Part shown: positions 1 to 8,500 of the stretch, one piece after another
Numbering within the stretch: position 1 is the first letter of the stretch
How the letters are laid out: each line of letters starts with the position of its first letter
Virus record (IMG/VR): IMGVR_UViG_2554235125_000002
Origin: a virus
Taxonomy: Duplodnaviria > Heunggongvirae > Uroviricota > Caudoviricetes
Strand: one strand, 5' to 3'
Length of the DNA: 9,693 nucleotides
The notes under the pieces: generated by a model
Seen by the model: the letters and a program-made list of their open reading frames with translations, nothing else
The model's database searches: none
Told to the model about the DNA's origin: nothing
Position numbers and translations under genes: made by a program

Positions 1-1
1 T

Positions 2-181
2 ACGCAGATTGAGCAGGAAGTGCTTACCACCTGGCCCACGGAGGCAATTGCTCAGGCTGAAAACGTGGTGTTACGTCTGTCCGGAATGTCTGAGTTTGTT
101 GTGAATAATGCCCCTGAACAGGCAGATGACGCCGGGCCTGCAGAGCCTGTTTCTGCGGGAAAGTGTTCGACGGTGAGCTGA
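2..181 (+). CDS. G: Tail assembly chaperone G, C-terminal fragment (5' end lies outside the window)
   Basis: Frame beginning at nt 2 translates to ...IEQEVLTTWPTEAIAQAENVVLRLSGMSEFVVNNAPEQADDAGPAEPVSAGKCSTVS*, with stop TGA at 179-181. I recognise this as the C-terminus of lambda gpG. It contains the slippery heptamer at 157-163 and is followed by the T frame. Confidence 0.85.
   Translation, partial: TQIEQEVLTTWPTEAIAQAENVVLRLSGMSEFVVNNAPEQADDAGPAEPVSAGKCSTVS
157..163 (+). other. Programmed -1 ribosomal frameshift slippery heptamer G_GGA_AAG (G to G-T fusion)
   Basis: Heptamer GGGAAAG sits in the G zero frame as GCG GGA AAG, 16 nt upstream of the G stop. The -1 frame stays open from nt 163 to 597 and encodes a T-like sequence with no ATG or SD of its own. 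This matches the known lambda G/GT frameshift arrangement. Confidence 0.8.
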
Positions 182-597
182 GTTTTGCCCTGAAACTGGC
201 GCGTGAAATGGGGCGACCCGACTGGCGCGCCATGCTTGCCGGGATGTCATCCACGGAGTATGCCGACTGGCACCGCTTTTACAGTACCCATTATTTTCAT
301 GATGTTCTGCTGGATATGCACTTTTCCGGGCTGACGTACACCGTGCTCAGCCTGTTTTTCAGCGATCCGGAGATGCATCCGCTGGATTTCAGTCTGCTGA
401 ACCGGCGCGAGGCTGACGAAGAGCCTGAAGATGATGTGCTGATGCAGAAAGCGGCAGGGCTTGCCGGAGGCGTTCGTTTTGGCCCGGACGGGAATGAAGT
501 TATCCCCGCTTCCCCGGATGTGGCGGACATGACGGAGGATGACGTAATGCTGATGACAGTATCAGAAGGGATCGCAGGAGGAGTCCGGTATGGCTGA
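163..597 (+). CDS. T: Tail assembly chaperone T segment, expressed only as a G-T fusion via -1 frameshift (no independent start)
   Basis: The ORF track's 144-aa product (VFDGELSFALKLAREMGRPDWRAMLAGMSSTEYADWHRFYSTHYFHDVLLDMHFSGL...GIAGGVRYG*) is in the -1 frame relative to G. The track's start at 163 is the GTG immediately after the slip site, not a true initiation codon. Stop TGA at 595-597 overlaps the H start. Confidence 0.85.
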   Translation: MFDGELSFALKLAREMGRPDWRAMLAGMSSTEYADWHRFYSTHYFHDVLLDMHFSGLTYTVLSLFFSDPEMHPLDFSLLNRREADEEPEDDVLMQKAAGLAGGVRFGPDGNEVIPASPDVADMTEDDVMLMTVSEGIAGGVRYG

Positions 598-3139
598 ACC
601 GGTAGGCGATCTGGTCGTTGATTTAAGTCTGGATGCGGCCAGATTTGACGAGCAGATGGCCAGAGTCAGGCGTCATTTTTCCGGTACGGAAAGTGATGCG
701 AAAAAAACAGCGGCAGTCGTTGAACAGTCGCTGAGCCGACAGGCACTGGCTGCACAGAAAGCGGGGATTTCCGTCGGGCAGTATAAAGCCGCCATGCGTA
801 TGCTGCCTGCACAGTTCACCGACGTGGCCACGCAGCTTGCAGGCGGGCAAAGTCCGTGGCTGATCCTGCTGCAACAGGGTGGTCAGGTGAAGGACTCCTT
901 CGGTGGGATGATCCCCATGTTCAGGGGGCTTGCCGGTGCGATCACCCTGCCGATGGTCGGGGCCACCTCGCTGGCGGTGGCGACCGGTGCGCTGGCGTAT
1001 GCCTGGTATCAGGGCAACTCAACCCTGTCCGATTTCAACAAAACGCTGGTCCTTTCCGGCAATCAGTCGGGTCTGACGGCAGATCGTATGCTGGTCCTGT
1101 CCAGAGCCGGGCAGGCGGCAGGGCTGACGTTTAACCAGACCAGCGAGTCACTCAGCGCACTGGTTAAGGCGGGAGTAAGCGGTGAGGCTCAGATTGCATC
1201 CATCAGCCAGAGTGTGGCGCGTTTCTCCTCTGCATCCGGCGTGGAGGTGGACAAGGTCGCTGAAGCCTTCGGGAAGCTGACCACAGACCCGACGTCGGGG
1301 CTGACAGCGATGGCGCGTCAGTTCCATAACGTGACGGCGGAGCAGATTGCGTATGTTGCTCAGTTGCAGCGTTCCGGCGATGAAGCCGGGGCATTGCAGG
1401 CAGCGAACGAGGCCGCAACGAAAGGGTTTGATGACCAGACCCGCCGCCTGAAAGAGAACATGGGCACGCTGGAGACCTGGGCAGACAGGACAGCACGGGC
1501 ATTCAAATCCATGTGGGATGCGGTACTGGATATTGGTCGTCCTGATACCGCTCAGGAGATGCTGATTAAGGCAGAGGCTGCGTTTAAGAAAGCGGACGAC
1601 ATCTGGAATCTGCGCAAGGATGATTATTTTGTTAACGATGAAGCGCGGGCGCGTTACTGGGATGATCGTGAAAAGGCCCGTCTTGCGCTTGAAGCCGCCA
1701 GAAAGAAGGCTGAACAGCAGAGTCAACAGGACAAAAATGCGCAGCAGCAGAGCGATACCGAAGCGTCACGGCTGAAATATACCGAAGAGGCGCAGAAGGC
1801 TTACGAACGGCTGCAGACGCCGCTGGAGAAATATACCGCCCGTCAGGAAGAACTGAACAAGGCACTGAAAGACGGGAAAATCCTGCAGGCAGATTACAAC
1901 ACGCTGATGGCAGCGGCGAAAAAGGATTATGAATCGGCGCTGAAAAAGCCGAAACAGTCCGGCGTGAGGGGGTCTGCGGGCGATCGTCAGGAAGACAGTG
2001 CTCATGCTGCCCTGCTGACGCTTCAGGCAGAACTCCGGACGCTGGAGAAGCATGCCGGAGCAAATGAGAAAATCAGCCAGCAGCGCCGGGATTTGTGGAA
2101 GGCGGAGAGTCAGTTCGCGGTACTGGAGGAGGCGGCGCAACGTCGCCAGCTGTCTGCACAGGAGAAATCCCTGCTGGCGCATAAAGATGAGACGCTGGAG
2201 TACAAACGCCAGCTGGCTGCACTTGGCGACAAGGTTACGTATCAGGAGCGCCTGAACGCGCTGGCGCAGCAGGCGGATAAATTCGCACAGCAGCAACGGG
2301 CAAAACGGGCCGCCATTGATGCGAAAAGCCGGGGGCTGACTGACCGGCAGGCAGAACGGGAAGCCACGGAACAGCGCCTGAAGGAACAGTATGGCGATAA
2401 TCCGCTGGCGCTGAATAACGTCATGTCAGAGCAGAAAAAGACCTGGGCGGCTGAAGACCAGCTTCGCGGGAGCTGGATGGCAGGCCTGAAGTCCGGCTGG
2501 AGTGAGTGGGAAGAGAGCGCCACGGACAGTATGTCGCAGGTAAAAAGTGCAGCCACGCAGACCTTTGATGGTATTGCACAGAATATGGCAGCGATGCTGA
2601 CCGGCAGTGAACAGAACTGGCGCAGCTTCACCCGTTCCGTGCTGTCCATGATGACAGAAATTCTGCTTAAGCAGGCAATGGTGGGGATTGTCGGAAGTAT
2701 AGGCAGCGCCATTGGCGGCGGCGCATCAGCGTCAGGCGGCACAGCCATTCAGGCCGCTGCGGCGAAATTCCATTTTGCAACCGGAGGATTTACGGGAACC
2801 GGCGGCAAATATGAGCCAGCGGGGATTGTTCACCGTGGTGAATTTGTCTTCACGAAAGAGGCAACCAGCCGGATTGGCGTGGGGAATCTTTACCGGCTGA
2901 TGCGCGGCTATGCCACCGGCGGTTATGTCGGTACACCGGGCAGCATGGCGGACAGTCGGTCGCAGGCGTCCGGGAAGTTTGAGCAGAATAACCATGTGGT
3001 GATTAACAACGACGGCACGAACGGTCAGATAGGGCCACAGGCGCTGAAGGCGGTTTATGACGTAGCCCGTAAGGCGGCAATGGATGTTGTGACCGGGCAG
3101 ATGCGTGATGGTGGTCTGTTCTCCGGAGGTGGACGATGA
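590..3139 (+). CDS. H: Tail tape measure protein (849 aa)
   Basis: ATG at 590 is preceded by SD AGGAGGA (576-582). The product starts MAEPVGDLVVDLSLDAARFDEQMARVRRHFSG..., which I recognise as lambda gpH, and ends ...MRDGGLFSGGGR. It has a long charged, Ala/Gln/Lys/Glu-rich central region typical of tape measure proteins and a Gly-rich C-terminal segment. Its start overlaps the T stop (ATGGCTGA). Confidence 0.96.
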   Translation: MAEPVGDLVVDLSLDAARFDEQMARVRRHFSGTESDAKKTAAVVEQSLSRQALAAQKAGISVGQYKAAMRMLPAQFTDVATQLAGGQSPWLILLQQGGQVKDSFGGMIPMFRGLAGAITLPMVGATSLAVATGALAYAWYQGNSTLSDFNKTLVLSGNQSGLTADRMLVLSRAGQAAGLTFNQTSESLSALVKAGVSGEAQIASISQSVARFSSASGVEVDKVAEAFGKLTTDPTSGLTAMARQFHNVTAEQIAYVAQLQRSGDEAGALQAANEAATKGFDDQTRRLKENMGTLETWADRTARAFKSMWDAVLDIGRPDTAQEMLIKAEAAFKKADDIWNLRKDDYFVNDEARARYWDDREKARLALEAARKKAEQQSQQDKNAQQQSDTEASRLKYTEEAQKAYERLQTPLEKYTARQEELNKALKDGKILQADYNTLMAAAKKDYESALKKPKQSGVRGSAGDRQEDSAHAALLTLQAELRTLEKHAGANEKISQQRRDLWKAESQFAVLEEAAQRRQLSAQEKSLLAHKDETLEYKRQLAALGDKVTYQERLNALAQQADKFAQQQRAKRAAIDAKSRGLTDRQAEREATEQRLKEQYGDNPLALNNVMSEQKKTWAAEDQLRGSWMAGLKSGWSEWEESATDSMSQVKSAATQTFDGIAQNMAAMLTGSEQNWRSFTRSVLSMMTEILLKQAMVGIVGSIGSAIGGGASASGGTAIQAAAAKFHFATGGFTGTGGKYEPAGIVHRGEFVFTKEATSRIGVGNLYRLMRGYATGGYVGTPGSMADSRSQASGKFEQNNHVVINNDGTNGQIGPQALKAVYDVARKAAMDVVTGQMRDGGLFSGGGR

Positions 3140-3465
3140 AAACCTTCCGCTGGAAAGTGAAACCCGGTATGGATGTGGCTTCGGCCCCTTCTGTAAGAAA
3201 GGTGCGCTTTGGTGATGGCTATTCCCAGCGAGCGCCTGCCGGGCTGAATGCCAACCTGAAAACGTACAGCGTGACGCTTTCTGTCCCCCGTGAGGAGGCC
3301 ACGGTACTGGAGTCGTTTCTGGAAGAGCACGGGGGCTGGAAAGCCTTTCTGTGGACGCCGCCTTATGAGTGGCGGCAGATAAAGGTGACCTGCGCAAAAT
3401 GGTCGTCGCGGGTCAGTATGCTGCGTGTTGAGTTCAGCGCAGAGTTTGAACAGGTGGTGAACTGA
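3136..3465 (+). CDS. M: Minor tail protein M (109 aa)
   Basis: ATG at 3136 overlaps the H stop (ATGA), with SD GGAGGTGG at 3125-3132. The product MKTFRWKVKPGMDVASAPSVRKVRFGDGYSQRAPAGLNANLKTYSVTLSV... is recognised as lambda gpM. Confidence 0.95.
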   Translation: MKTFRWKVKPGMDVASAPSVRKVRFGDGYSQRAPAGLNANLKTYSVTLSVPREEATVLESFLEEHGGWKAFLWTPPYEWRQIKVTCAKWSSRVSMLRVEFSAEFEQVVN

Positions 3466-4193
3466 TGCAGGATATCCGGCAGGAAACGCTGAATGAATGC
3501 ACTCGTGCGGAGCAGTCGGCCAGCGTGGTGCTCTGGGAAATCGATCTGACAGAGGTCGGTGGAGAACGTTATTTTTTCTGTAATGAGCAGAACGAAAAAG
3601 GTGAGCCGGTCACCTGGCAGGGGAGGCAGTATCAGGCGTATCCCATTCAGGGGAGGCAGTATCAGGCGTATCCCATTCAGGGGAGCGGTTTTGAACTGAA
3701 TGGCAAAGGCACCAGTACGCGGCCCACGCTGACGGTTTCTAACCTGTACGGTATGGTCACCGGGATGGCGGAAGATCTGCAGAGTCTGGTCGGCGGAACG
3801 GTGGTCCGGCGTAAGGTTTACGCCCGTTTTCTGGATGCGGTGAACTTCGTCAACGGAAACAGAGACGCCGATCCGGAGCAGGAGGTGATCAGCCGCTGGC
3901 GCATCGAGCAGTGCAGCGAACTGAGCGCGGTCAGTGCCTCTTTTGTACTGTCCACACCGACTGAAACGGATGGCGCTGTTTTTCCGGGGCGTATCATGCT
4001 GGCCAACACCTGCACCTGGACCTATCGCGGCGATGAGTGCGGTTATAGCGGTCCGGCGGTCGCGGATGAATATGACCAGCCGACGTCCGATATCACGAAG
4101 GATAAATGCAGCAAATGCCTGAGCGGCTGTAAGTTTCGCAATAACGTCGGCAACTTTGGCGGCTTCCTTTCCATTAACAAACTTTCGCAGTAA
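3465..4193 (+). CDS. L: Minor tail / tail tip protein L (242 aa, includes a 10-aa in-frame duplication)
   Basis: ATG at 3465 overlaps the M stop (TGATG), with an AGGTGG SD upstream. The product MQDIRQETLNECTRAEQSASVVLWEIDLTEVGGERYFFCNEQNEKGEPVTWQG... is recognised as lambda gpL. The C-terminus carries the cysteine pattern C-x9-C ... C-x2-C-x3-C. Stop TAA at 4191-4193. Confidence 0.95.
   Translation: MQDIRQETLNECTRAEQSASVVLWEIDLTEVGGERYFFCNEQNEKGEPVTWQGRQYQAYPIQGRQYQAYPIQGSGFELNGKGTSTRPTLTVSNLYGMVTGMAEDLQSLVGGTVVRRKVYARFLDAVNFVNGNRDADPEQEVISRWRIEQCSELSAVSASFVLSTPTETDGAVFPGRIMLANTCTWTYRGDECGYSGPAVADEYDQPTSDITKDKCSKCLSGCKFRNNVGNFGGFLSINKLSQ
3621..3680 (+). repeat. Perfect 30-bp tandem direct duplication (2 copies) inside L, in frame, flanked by CAGGGGAG microhomology
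   Basis: 3621-3650 and 3651-3680 are both gggaggcagtatcaggcgtatcccattcag. The motif CAGGGGAG occurs at 3618-3625, 3648-3655 and 3678-3685. Translation gives RQYQAYPIQG twice. Confidence 0.95.
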
Positions 4194-4197
4194 TCCC

Positions 4198-4941
4198 ATG
4201 ACAGAGACAGAATCAGCGATTCTGGCGCACGCCCGGCGATGTGCGCCAGCGGAGTCGTGCGGCTTCGTGGTGAGAGCGCCGGAGGGGGAAAGATATTTTC
4301 CCTGCGTGAATATTTCCGGTGAGCCGGAGGATTATTTCCGGATGGCTCCGGAGGACTGGCTGCAGGCAGAGATGCAGGGTGAGATTGTGACACTGGTCCA
4401 CAGTCATCCCGGTGGTCTGCCCTGGCTGAGTGAGGCTGACCGGCGGCTGCAGGTGCAGAGTGATTTGCCGTGGTGGCTGGTCTGCCGGGGGGCGATTCAC
4501 AAGTTCCGCTGTGTGCCGCATCTCACCGGGCGTCGCTTTGAGCACGGGGTGACGGACTGTTACACGCTGTTCCGGGATGCTTATCATCTGGCGGGGATTG
4601 AGATGCCGGATTTTCATCGCGGGGATGACTGGTGGCGTCACGGCCAGAATCTCTATCTGGATAATCTGGAGGCCACAGGGCTGTATCAGGTGCCGTTGTC
4701 ATCAGCACAACCGGGCGATGTGCTGCTGTGCTGTTTTGGTTCATCGGTGCCGAATCATGCCGCCATTTACTGTGGTGACGGCGAGCTGCTGCACCATATT
4801 CCTGAACAACTGAGTAAACGAGAGAGGTATACCGACAAATGGCAGCGACGCACACACTCCCTCTGGCGTCACCGGGAATGGCACGCATCTGCCTTTACGG
4901 GGATTTACAACGATTTGGCCGCCGCATCGGCCTTCGTGTGA
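4198..4941 (+). CDS. K: Tail tip assembly protein K (247 aa; N-terminal MPN/JAMM-like domain plus C-terminal NlpC/P60-like domain)
   Basis: ATG at 4198 lies 5 nt after the L stop, and the frame is open to TGA 4939-4941. The product MTETESAILAHARRCAPAESCGFVV... contains an exact JAMM-type motif H-S-H-x7-S-x2-D (HSHPGGLPWLSEAD). The C-terminal half has Cys/His residues in NlpC/P60-like context (DCYTLF ... NHAAIY). An internal ATG at 4342 would give the 199-aa form. Confidence 0.88.
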   Translation: MTETESAILAHARRCAPAESCGFVVRAPEGERYFPCVNISGEPEDYFRMAPEDWLQAEMQGEIVTLVHSHPGGLPWLSEADRRLQVQSDLPWWLVCRGAIHKFRCVPHLTGRRFEHGVTDCYTLFRDAYHLAGIEMPDFHRGDDWWRHGQNLYLDNLEATGLYQVPLSSAQPGDVLLCCFGSSVPNHAAIYCGDGELLHHIPEQLSKRERYTDKWQRRTHSLWRHREWHASAFTGIYNDLAAASAFV

Positions 4942-5510
4942 AAACGGGGGCTGAAGCCATCCGCGCACTGGCCACACAGCTCCCTGCGTTTCGTCAGAAA
5001 CTGAGCGACGGCTGGTATCAGGTACGGATTGCCGGGCGGGACGTCAGCACGTCCGGATTAACGGCGCAGTTACATGAGACTCTGCCTGATGGCGCTGTGA
5101 TTCATATTGTTCCCAGAGTCGCCGGGGCCAAGTCAGGTGGTGTATTCCAGATTGTCCTGGGAGCAGCCGCCATTGCCGGATCATTCTTTACCGCCGGAGC
5201 CACCCTTGCAGCATGGGGGGCAGCCATTGGGGCCGGTGGTATGACCGGCATCCTGTTTTCTCTCGGTGCCAGTATGGTGCTCGGTGGTGTGGCGCAGATG
5301 CTGGCACCGAAAGCCAGAACTCCCCGTACACAGACAACGGATAACGGTAAGCAGAACACGTATTTCTCCTCACTGGATAACATGGTTGCCCAGGGCAATG
5401 TTCTGCCTGTTCTGTACGGTGAAATGCGCGTGGGGTCACGCGTGATTTCTCAGGAGATCAGCACGGCAGACGAAGGGGATGGTGGTCAGGTTGTGGTGAT
5501 TGGTCGCTGA
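4839..5510 (+). CDS. I: Tail assembly protein I (223 aa)
   Basis: ATG at 4839 starts inside the 3' end of K in a different frame (103-nt overlap). The product MAATHTLPLASPGMARICLYGDLQRFGRRIGLRVKTGAEAIRALATQ... is recognised as lambda gpI, with a Gly/Ala-rich hydrophobic segment in its C-terminal half. Stop TGA at 5508-5510. Confidence 0.93.
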   Translation: MAATHTLPLASPGMARICLYGDLQRFGRRIGLRVKTGAEAIRALATQLPAFRQKLSDGWYQVRIAGRDVSTSGLTAQLHETLPDGAVIHIVPRVAGAKSGGVFQIVLGAAAIAGSFFTAGATLAAWGAAIGAGGMTGILFSLGASMVLGGVAQMLAPKARTPRTQTTDNGKQNTYFSSLDNMVAQGNVLPVLYGEMRVGSRVISQEISTADEGDGGQVVVIGR

Positions 5511-5528
5511 TGCAAAATGTTTTATGTG

Positions 5529-5548
5529 AAACCGCCTCCGGGCGGTTT
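5529..5548 (+). other. Perfect 8-bp stem-loop (AAACCGCC / tccg / GGCGGTTT) in the I-J intergenic region; possible weak terminator, attenuator or RNA-stability hairpin
   Basis: Inverted repeat 5529-5536 and 5541-5548 with a 4-nt loop, followed by a T-rich stretch (ttttatcgtttat). It lies 18 nt after the I stop and about 22 nt before the J ATG. Confidence 0.4.
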
Positions 5549-5570
5549 TATCGTTTATGGATCATGACGA

Positions 5571-8500
5571 ATGGGTAAAGGCAGCAGTAAGGGGCATACC
5601 CCGCGCGAAGCGAAGGACAACCTGAAATCATCCCAGATGCTGAGCGTGATAGACGCCATCAGTGAAGGGCCGGTTGAAGGTCCGGTGGACGGATTAAAAA
5701 GTGTGCTGCTGAACAGTACGCCAGTGCTGGACAGTGAGGGGAATACCAATATCTCCGGCGTCACGGTGGTGTTCCGGGCAGGTGAGCAGGAGCAGACACC
5801 GCCGGAGGGGTTTGAATCCTCCGGCTCCGAGACGGTGCTGGGTACGGAAGTGAAATACGACACGCAGATCACCCGCACCATCACGTCGGCAAACATCGAC
5901 CGTCTGCGCTTTACCTTCGGTGTGCAGGCACTGGTGGAAACCACCTCAAAGGGAGACAGGAATCCGTCGGAAGTCCGTCTGCTGGTTCAGATACAGCGTA
6001 ACGGTGGCTGGGTGACGGAAAAAGACATCACCATTAAGGGCAAAACCACCTCGCAGTATCTGGCCTCGGTGGTGGTGGATAACCTGCCTCCGCGCCCGTT
6101 CAATATCCGGATGCGCAGGATGACACCGGACAGCACCACAGACCAGCTGCAGAACAAAACGCTCTGGTCGTCATACACCGAAATCATCGATGTGAAACAG
6201 TGCTACCCGAACACGGCACTGGTCGGCGTGCAGGTGGATTCGGAGCAGTTCGGCAGCCAGCAGGTGAGCCGTAATTATCATCTTCGCGGGCGCATTCTGC
6301 AGGTGCCGTCGAACTATAACCCGCAGACGCGGCAATACAGCGGTATCTGGGACGGAACGTTTAAGCCGGCATACAGCAACAACATGGCCTGGTGTCTGTG
6401 GGATATGCTGACCCATCCGCGCTACGGCATGGGGAAACGTCTTGGTGCGGCAGATGTGGATAAATGGACGCTGTATGTCATCGGCCAGTATTGCGACCAG
6501 TCGGTGCCGGACGGTTTTGGCGGCACGGAGCCGCGCATCACCTGTAATGCGTACCTGACCACGCAGCGTAAGGCGTGGGATGTTCTCAGCGATTTCTGCT
6601 CGGCGATGCGCTGTATGCCGGTATGGAACGGACAGACGCTGACGTTCGTGCAGGACCGACCGTCGGATAAGGTGTGGATCTATAACCGCAGTAATGTGGT
6701 GATGCCGGATGATGGCGCGCCGTTCCGCTACAGTTTCAGCGCCCTGAAGGACCGCCATAATGCCGTTGAGGTGAACTGGATTGACCCGGATAACGGCTGG
6801 GAGACGGCGACAGAGCTTGTTGAAGATACGCAGGCCATTCCCCGTTACGGTCGTAACGTCACGAAGATGGATGCCTTTGGCTGTACCAGCCGGGGGCAGG
6901 CACACCGCGCCGGGCTGTGGCTGATTAAAACGGAGCTGCTGGAAACGCAGACCGTGGACTTCAGCGTGGGCGCAGAAGGGCTTCGCCATGTACCGGGCGA
7001 TGTTATTGAAATCTGTGATGATGACTATGCGGGTATCAGCACCGGCGGGCGCGTGCTGGCGGTGAACAGCCAGACGCGGACACTGACGCTCGACCGTGAA
7101 ATCACGCTGCCATCCTCCGGTACCACGCTGATAAGCCTGGTTGACGGAAGTGGCAATCCGGTCAGCGTGGAGGTTCAGTCCGTCACCGACGGCGTGAAGG
7201 TAAAAGTGAGCCGTGTTCCTGACGGTGTTGCTGAATACAGCGTATGGGGGCTGAAGCTGCCGACGCTGCGCCAGCGACTGTTCCGCTGCGTGAGTATCCG
7301 TGAGAACGACGACGGCACGTATGCCATCACTGCCGTGCAGCATGTACCGGAAAAAGAAGCCATCGTGGATAACGGGGCGCACTTTGACGGCGACCAGAGC
7401 GGCACGGTGAATGGTGTCACGCCGCCAGCAGTGCAACACCTGACCGCAGAAGTCACCGCAGACAGCGGGGAATACCAGGTGCTGGCGCGCTGGGATACGC
7501 CGAAGGTGGTGAAGGGCGTGAGCTTTATGCTTCGCCTGACCGTGGCAGCGGATGACGGCAGTGAGCGGCTGGTCAGCACAGCCCGGACGACGGAAACCAC
7601 ATACCGCCTCAGGCAGCTGGCGCTGGGGAACTACAGGCTGACAGTCCGGGCGGTAAATGCGTGGGGACAGCAGGGCGATCCGGCATCGGTATCGTTCCGG
7701 ATTGCCGCACCGGCAGCGCCGTCTCGGATTGAGCTGACGCCGGGCTATTTTCAGATAACCGCCACGCCGCATCTTGCGGTTTATGATCCGACGGTACAGT
7801 TTGAGTTCTGGTTCTCGGAAAAGCGGGTTGCTGATACCAGACAGGTTGAAACCAGCGCGCGTTATCTTGGTACGGGGCTGTACTGGATAGCTGCCAGTAT
7901 CAATATCAAACCGGGCCATGATTATTCTTTTTACATCCGCAGTGTGAACACCGTTGGCAAATCGGCATTCGTGGAGGCTGTTGGCCAGCCGAGTGATGAT
8001 GCATCCGGCTATCTGAATTTTTTCAAAGGAGAGATAGGGAAAACCCATCTGGCTCAGGAGTTGTGGACGCAGATTGATAACGGTCAGCTTGCGCCTGACC
8101 TGGCGGAAATCAGAACGTCCATCACGGATGTCAGTAATGAAATCACGCAGACCGTCAATAAGAAACTGGAAGACCAGAGTGCGGCAATCCAGCAGATACA
8201 GAAGGTTCAGGTTGATACAAATAATAACCTGAACAGCATGTGGGCTGTGAAGCTGCAGCAGATGCAGGACGGACGCCTTTATATCGCGGGTATTGGTGCC
8301 GGTATTGAGAATACCCCTGACGGTATGCAGAGTCAGGTGCTGCTGGCGGCGGACAGGATTGCGATGATTAATCCTGCGAATGGCAACACAAAGCCGATGT
8401 TTGTTGGTCAGGGCGATCAGATATTCATGAACGAAGTGTTCCTGAAATATCTGACGGCTCCCACCATTACCAGCGGCGGTAATCCTCCGGCATTTTCCCT

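Noticed and set aside
856-1134. Plus-strand alternative-frame ORFs inside H (856-1134, 2052-2255, 2712-2900) and in the K/I region (3934-4122, 4577-4813)
   Set aside because: These are out-of-frame internal ORFs within well-supported genes. Their products are Arg/Cys-rich and they have no SD context.
1148-3397. Several minus-strand ORFs of 99-221 aa (1148-1726, 1203-1502, 1632-2063, 1766-2296, 2242-2748, 2732-3397, 3055-3330)
   Set aside because: All are antisense to H or M. Their products are Arg/Cys/Pro/Ser-rich and low-complexity. Shadow ORFs of a highly expressed, GC-rich coding region.
3621-3680. Possibility that the 30-bp tandem repeat is a CRISPR or other array
   Set aside because: There are only two copies, directly abutting with no spacers, inside a coding frame and flanked by microhomology. 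This is a simple tandem duplication.
4156-4197. Upstream extension of the K ORF to a start at 4156 (as in the ORF track)
   Set aside because: Position 4156 is a TTG inside the 3' end of L. The ATG at 4198, just after the L stop, is the more plausible initiation codon.
3363-4199. 278-aa minus-strand ORF
   Set aside because: Antisense to L. It contains the reverse complement of the 30-bp duplication, hence its internal repeat. No independent support.
6171-8048. 625-aa ORF on the minus strand
   Set aside because: It lies entirely antisense within J, whose product is a clear lambda gpJ homologue. Its predicted protein is Arg/His/Cys/Pro-rich low-complexity sequence typical of antisense frames of GC-rich genes, and I see no start-context evidence. 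Treated as a shadow ORF.
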